Assembly (NCBI GenBank): GCA_965228895.1
Contig: OZ245842.1
Location: 3,552,001 to 3,616,000, forward strand
From: Alphaproteobacteria bacterium
GTDB lineage: Bacteria > Pseudomonadota > Alphaproteobacteria > SP197
Direction of reading: 5' to 3'
DNA: 64,000 bases
Shown here piece by piece: positions 58,895 to 64,000 of the stretch (position 1 is the first letter of the stretch; each line of letters starts with the position of its first letter). Below the pieces are notes generated by a model that worked only from the letters and a program-made list of their open reading frames with translations, was not told the DNA's origin and searched no databases. The translations under genes were made by a program, and so were the position numbers.

Positions 58895-59759
58895 ACGAAG
58901 ACAACTGTTTACGCGACAGCCAGAATCCGGGACCGGCGTACCAGACTTGACGCTTGGCACTCTCCGGCGGTCCGCCACGATGCAGTGAGGAAATCGGGAT
59001 TGGTTTGCCCCTTAGGCGCTTCAGCGCCTTGCCCAGCCGTTCGCCCGCCTCCTCATCGCGGCCGACAAACGGCACGAAACCGGCCGGGCCGAGCGCCTGG
59101 GCCTCAAACCCAGCCTCCGTGCGCGTGGCCAGCAGCATGAATCCCCACCAGTTCGTCGCGGTCAGCCCGACCAGAAGCCTGCCGCCGACCGCGAGCCGGT
59201 CGAGCCAAAGGGGCACGGGATGGGTAACACCGGCAAACGCGACCACAAGGTCGACCTCGCCCGGATCAAATGTCGCGCCGTCACCCTGCACCAGATCGAT
59301 CTGCGACCACGGCGACGTGTTCTCGGCCGCCTGCGCGGCAAGGTTGGCATCGTACTCGACCGCCGTCACGCGGCCCTGTCTGCCAACCAGTTCGGCCAGG
59401 ATTGCGGTGTAGTAACCGGTGCCGGCGCCGACCTGAAACACACGCTCGCCGGGGCGAAGGTTGAGCTGGTCGAACATATAGGCCCACAGACTAGGCTGGC
59501 CGTTGTTGATATCCTGCGCTTCGTCCAGCGGCACGAGGACATCGTGATAGACCCGGCGCGGGTCGGCATCCGGCGTCACGTACTTCATGTCGGAACGCGG
59601 TCCCGGCAGGATGGTCCACGGTCCCGGCCCCAGGAACCGTTCGCGCGGCACGGTGGCAAATGCCTCGACCACCGACTCATTACGCAGGACCGGCGACGTC
59701 GCACGCAATTCCTCGGCATAGGCGCGGCGCGCCGCAACAATCTGGTCCTGGTTCGCCAT
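58872..59759 (-). CDS. Protein-L-isoaspartate O-methyltransferase-like SAM methyltransferase
   Basis: VPRERFL, INNGQPS, VGAGTGY, GDG. Confidence 0.85.
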   Translation of the reverse strand: MANQDQIVAARRAYAEELRATSPVLRNESVVEAFATVPRERFLGPGPWTILPGPRSDMKYVTPDADPRRVYHDVLVPLDEAQDINNGQPSLWAYMFDQLNLRPGERVFQVGAGTGYYTAILAELVGRQGRVTAVEYDANLAAQAAENTSPWSQIDLVQGDGATFDPGEVDLVVAFAGVTHPVPLWLDRLAVGGRLLVGLTATNWWGFMLLATRTEAGFEAQALGPAGFVPFVGRDEEAGERLGKALKRLRGKPIPISSLHRGGPPESAKRQVWYAGPGFWLSRKQLSSFNRRDAP

Positions 59760-60024
59760 GACGGTTCCCGAACAGCGTGTGGCCGACAACCATAGGAATT
59801 GCCACCGTGCCGCGCCAGCGAAGCTTGCTACCGTCCGTCCGGGTTGTTGGGGCGGCGGACGATAAACTGGATTTCCTCTCGCGCCACCCACAGTACGGCC
59901 GATCTTGATCGCCTGTCAGTGGCCGCTCATGACCCGGACATGGCCTTCCCCATCGAATGGACTTGCCGCCTGCGCGGCTATAAAATCGCTTTCCCACGAT
60001 CATGTCCGGCGGGAAACCGGCAGT

Positions 60025-61800
60025 ATGGTGGAAGAACGGGTAGAACGACGACTTGCGGTCATCCTTGCCGCGGACGTGGCCGGGTACAGCCGACTCATGG
60101 ATGTGGACGAGGAAGCGACGCTGCGAACGCTCATGGCCCATCGCCGGATCATCGATGGGCTGGTCAGTGGCTACGGCGGGCGTGTGTTCGGTTCCGCCCG
60201 GCGACAGCGTGATTGCCGAGTTCTCCAGCCCAGTCGAGGCGGTGCGCTGCGCCGTCGACATTCAGCAGAATCTCGAACAGAGCAATACCGACCTGCCGGA
60301 CGATCGGCTGATGCGCTTTCGAATCGGCATCAACCTGGGGCGACGTCATGGTCGAGGGCGATGACCTGCTCGGCGACGGCGTCAACGTGGCGTCGCGATT
60401 GGAGGGCCTGGCCGATGCCGGCGGCATTTGCATCAGCGGAACGGTCTACGATCAGGTCGCGGGCAAGATTGCGCAAGCGTTCGACTTCATGGGCGAGCAA
60501 ACGCTTAAGAACATCGAGGGTCAGGTTCGCGCCTACCGCGTTTCAGTCGACCCGGCAACGACGGTGGCCTCTGACGCGTCACACGCTTCATCGGCGCTGG
60601 AGTTCGCGCCGCCCGACCGGCCCTCCATCGCGATCATCCCGTTCAAGAGTTTGGCGAGTGACGCTGACAAAGACTACATCGCCGACGGGATCAGGCTCGG
60701 GATTTCGGCGACGTTGACGCAGCTTTCCGGCTTGTTCCTCGTCCACGCACCCGCGCTCAACGTCTACCGTGGCAAGGATGTCTCCGCCTCGTTGGTGGGC
60801 AGCGAGGTGGGCGCGCGCTACATCTTGGAAGGCGCGGTCCAGCAAGCCGGCAATCGCGTCCGGGTGACGGTGCAGCTCACCGATACTCACACCGAACGAA
60901 CCATCCTGGCCGAACGCTATGATCGCGTTCTCGTCGATATCTTCGTGCTTCAAGACGAGATTACCAGAGAGGTCATCTCGTCGCTCAACATCAAACTCGC
61001 GACCAACGAACGAAACAGGGTTTGGTTCGCGAAGCTGACGAGCCCCGAAGCGGTGGAGTACTACTATCGCGGCGCCAGCCAACTTCTACGAGCTCAACAA
61101 AGACGACAACGCGACCGCGCGAGAATTGTTCGAGCAGCTTTACCGGGTCCAGCCCGACTCGGTGGTGGGGCCGAGCTATGTCTCCGTGACACACTGGATG
61201 GATGCATTCTTCGACTGGACGGAACCGACGGCCGGATCCATGGAACAGGCGGCCGCCTGGGCGAAGAAGGCCATGGCGTACGAGGACAACAACGGCATCG
61301 GCCATGCCGTCTTCGGCCACCTGCAGCTTCTCGACGGCAACTATGATGAAGCGCTCGCCACCTGTTCCAGCGGCGCCAAGCTCCGTTCCAGTTGCCCGCT
61401 GGCGCACGGACTTCTGGGCCTTGTGCTCAACTACTGCGGCGATTCAAGGTCGGCGGTCAAAAGTGTCAAGGAGGCCCTGCAACTGGAGAAGGTCTATCCG
61501 GTCTGGCTGATCGACATCCTTGCGGTCGCCTACCGGGATTGCGGCGACGTCGAACTTTCGATACCCGCGGCTAAGGAGTCCCTGCGGCTCAACCCGCAGA
61601 ACAACGACGCTAGGCTGATCCTGTGCAGCGATTACAAACTCGCGGCCAACCATGAGCAGGCCCGTCGATTGGCCGACGACATCATCGCCAGCGACCCCGG
61701 GTTCCGCCTGTCCAACTATGCCAAGAGTCAGCCCTACAGGGACCCCGAGCCCCTCGATCGTCTAATAGACGTGCTTCGCGAAGCCGGCCTTCCGGACTGA
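60025..61800 (+). pseudogene. Class III adenylate/guanylate cyclase-TolB_N-TPR protein broken by three +1 frameshifts (pseudogene or assembly error)
   Basis: ERRLAVILAADVAGYSRL | GDSVIAEF...RIGINLG | GDGVNVASRLE...PSIAIIPF...LEGAV | TPRs spread over four ORF segments. Confidence 0.85.
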
Positions 61801-61906
61801 CCACCGCCGATTGCAGCGGGATCCGCCTTGGGACCGACGCCGGCGATGCGGCGCCAGAGAAGCTTGTTATAGTCCGCCCGGTTTGTGCGGGCGGAGGAAC
61901 ATATCC

Positions 61907-63562
61907 ATGGTCGAGACGGTTGATTATCTGATTGTCGGTGCGGGTTCGGCGGGCTGCGTGCTGGCCAACCGGCTGAGCGAGGATGCCGGCGCCACCGTCA
62001 AGGTGCTGGAGGCGGGGCCGATGGACAACAGCCTCTACCTGCTGCGCATGCCGGCCGCCGCCTGGATCATCATCAACGGGCGCAAGTACAACTGGTACTA
62101 TCACAGCGAGCCCGAGCCCTTCATGGACGGCCGTCGCATCTTCTATCCGCGCGGCAAGGTGGTCGGCGGGTCATCGTCGATCAACGGCATGGTCTATTTC
62201 CGCGGCCTGCCGCTGGACTATGACGGCTGGTCAACCAACCAGCTCAACAACTGGTCCTTCGCCCACTGCCTGCCCTATTTCAAACGCATGGAAACCAGCG
62301 ACCGCGGCGCGAGCGAATGGCGCGGTGGCGATGGGCCCCTGGCGGTCACCACCGGCGGTGACATCAATCCGCTTTACCGGGCTTACATCGAAGCCGGCGT
62401 GCAGGCGGGCTATCCCCATACGCAAGACGTCAACGGCTATCAGCAGGAAGGCGTCTTCGCCATGGAGCGCACGGTGGTCGGCGGCGTGCGCAACAGTGCC
62501 GCGCGCGCCTATCTGCACCCGGCCCTGAAGCGCGCCAACCTGACATTGGAGGCCGACGCGCACACGAACCGCGTGCTGTTCGAAGGCACACGCGCCGTCG
62601 GTGTCGAGTACATCCAGAATGGCCAGACCAAGCAGATCCGCGCCGAGCGCGAAGTCATCCTGTCCGGCGGTGTCTTTAACTCACCACAGATCCTGCTGCG
62701 CTCGGGCGTCGGCAATGCCGAACACCTGCGAGAACTCGGCATCGACGTCGTGCACGACCTGCCCGGCGTCGGCGAGAACCTGCAAGACCATCTGGACTGG
62801 CCGATCCAGTATGAATGCACGCAGCCGGTCTCGCTCTACAGCTCGACCACCAAGCTCGGTCAGCTCAAGACGGGCCTGCAGTGGTTTCTGTCAAAATCCG
62901 GCGTCGCTGCGTCAAACCTGTTCGAGGCGGGCGGCTACTTCCGCAGCCGGCCTGGGATCGAGTACCCGAACATCCAGCATCACTTCGTCGCCATCGCCAT
63001 GAATTATGACGGCAGCATGCCGCACAAGGGTCACGGCTTTCAGGCCCATATCAGTCAGATGCGCCCGACCAGCCGGGGTTTCGTTAGGCTGCGCTCGACC
63101 GATCCGTTCGAGCCACCGGTCATCCAGTTCAACCACATGCAGACCGAAAACGACCGCCAGGAATTCCGCGACGCGCTCAAGCTGACCCGCGAGATCATCG
63201 CGCAGGATGCGCTCAAACCCTATCGCGGGCGCGAGTGGGCGCCGGGCATCGACGTGCAGTCCGACAGCGATGTCGACGCCTTCGCCCGCGCGACCGGCGA
63301 AACGGAGCACCATCCGTCCTCGACCTGCGCCATGGGTTATGACGAGATGGCGGTGGTCGACGGCGAGACCCGTGTCCATGGCTGCGAGAACCTGCGCGTC
63401 GTCGATGCGTCGATCATGCCGCGCGTGGTCAGCGCCAACCTGAACGGCCCGACCATCATGATCGCGGAGAAAGCGTCGGATATGATCGCCGGCAAGACGC
63501 CGCTGGAGCCCGATTACACGCCGTTCTATCGGGCGCCGGATTGGGAAACCAACCAGCGTTAG
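61907..63562 (+). CDS. betA: Choline dehydrogenase-like GMC oxidoreductase
   Basis: GAGSAG, RGKVVGGSSSING, VGENLQDHL, HPSSTCAMG, NLNGPTIMIAEK. Confidence 0.85.
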   Translation: MVETVDYLIVGAGSAGCVLANRLSEDAGATVKVLEAGPMDNSLYLLRMPAAAWIIINGRKYNWYYHSEPEPFMDGRRIFYPRGKVVGGSSSINGMVYFRGLPLDYDGWSTNQLNNWSFAHCLPYFKRMETSDRGASEWRGGDGPLAVTTGGDINPLYRAYIEAGVQAGYPHTQDVNGYQQEGVFAMERTVVGGVRNSAARAYLHPALKRANLTLEADAHTNRVLFEGTRAVGVEYIQNGQTKQIRAEREVILSGGVFNSPQILLRSGVGNAEHLRELGIDVVHDLPGVGENLQDHLDWPIQYECTQPVSLYSSTTKLGQLKTGLQWFLSKSGVAASNLFEAGGYFRSRPGIEYPNIQHHFVAIAMNYDGSMPHKGHGFQAHISQMRPTSRGFVRLRSTDPFEPPVIQFNHMQTENDRQEFRDALKLTREIIAQDALKPYRGREWAPGIDVQSDSDVDAFARATGETEHHPSSTCAMGYDEMAVVDGETRVHGCENLRVVDASIMPRVVSANLNGPTIMIAEKASDMIAGKTPLEPDYTPFYRAPDWETNQR

Positions 63563-63572
63563 GCGCTCGGGT

Positions 63573-64000
63573 TCAGGAGTGGTCGCGTTCGTAGCCGGGC
63601 CGCGCGAAACGCACTTCAAAATCGTCGGTCGCGCCGTAGCTCTGCCAGAGTTCGAAACCGAGCAGGGCACGCATGTCGTCTGATAGTGCCGCCTGTGCAT
63701 CCGGGCGCAATCCGCAGGTAAAGTTCTGCAGTTGACGGAACTGCGGCCCGCAATAGGTCGCGGTGATACCGATGCGCGGCGCGTTGCCGTCGTTACGGCC
63801 CGATGCATGCCAGGTCCTGGCGTCCCAGATAACCGCACCGCCCGCCGGCACTTCCGCATCGACGGTGTCATAGGTTTCGTTGGGGTCGGGATGAAGGCCG
63901 GAGAGATGGCTGCCCGGCACGAGCCGTGTCGCGCCGCTCGTGGCCGTGAAGTCGGTCACCGCCCACATGACATTGATCACCACCGCCGGGTTGATCGGCC
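63573..64000 (-). CDS. Phytanoyl-CoA dioxygenase family protein (3' part; runs off window)
   Basis: DFT..GAT.LVPGSH, WHASG.N, R..ENF-like QQNF region. Confidence 0.85.
   Translation of the reverse strand, partial: PINPAVVINVMWAVTDFTATSGATRLVPGSHLSGLHPDPNETYDTVDAEVPAGGAVIWDARTWHASGRNDGNAPRIGITATYCGPQFRQLQNFTCGLRPDAQAALSDDMRALLGFELWQSYGATDDFEVRFARPGYERDHS

Overview
GC-rich chromosomal window from what looks like an alphaproteobacterium (inferred from gene content and intergenic repeats). It has about 60 CDS and no rRNA, tRNA, CRISPR array or transposase that I can see. The main block (14.6-34.5 kb) is a complete type IVa pilus locus. It has MSHA-like architecture (MshL-like secretin, MshM-like ATPase, MshN-like TPR protein, MshEN-bearing PilB), plus PilT, a PilH/PilI-like ABC module, a membrane-embedded AraC regulator just upstream of the major pilin, and a LuxO-like sigma-54 activator. 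Other notable items: (1) an in-frame fusion of a BetI/HpbR-type TetR repressor to a complete Rieske oxygenase, with a BetI-like operator upstream; (2) two copies of a two-gene cassette of tiny membrane proteins flanking an ArsR-SRPBCC pair; (3) tandem CelD-like GNAT-TPR paralogs; (4) an adenylate cyclase broken by three +1 homopolymer frameshifts; (5) a 50-aa ORF missing from the ORF track; (6) several REP/MITE-like palindromes. The rest is metabolic (quaternary amine, acyl-CoA, P450) and translation-factor genes (ettA, rsgA, arfB). All calls come from reading motifs by eye; no database search was run.
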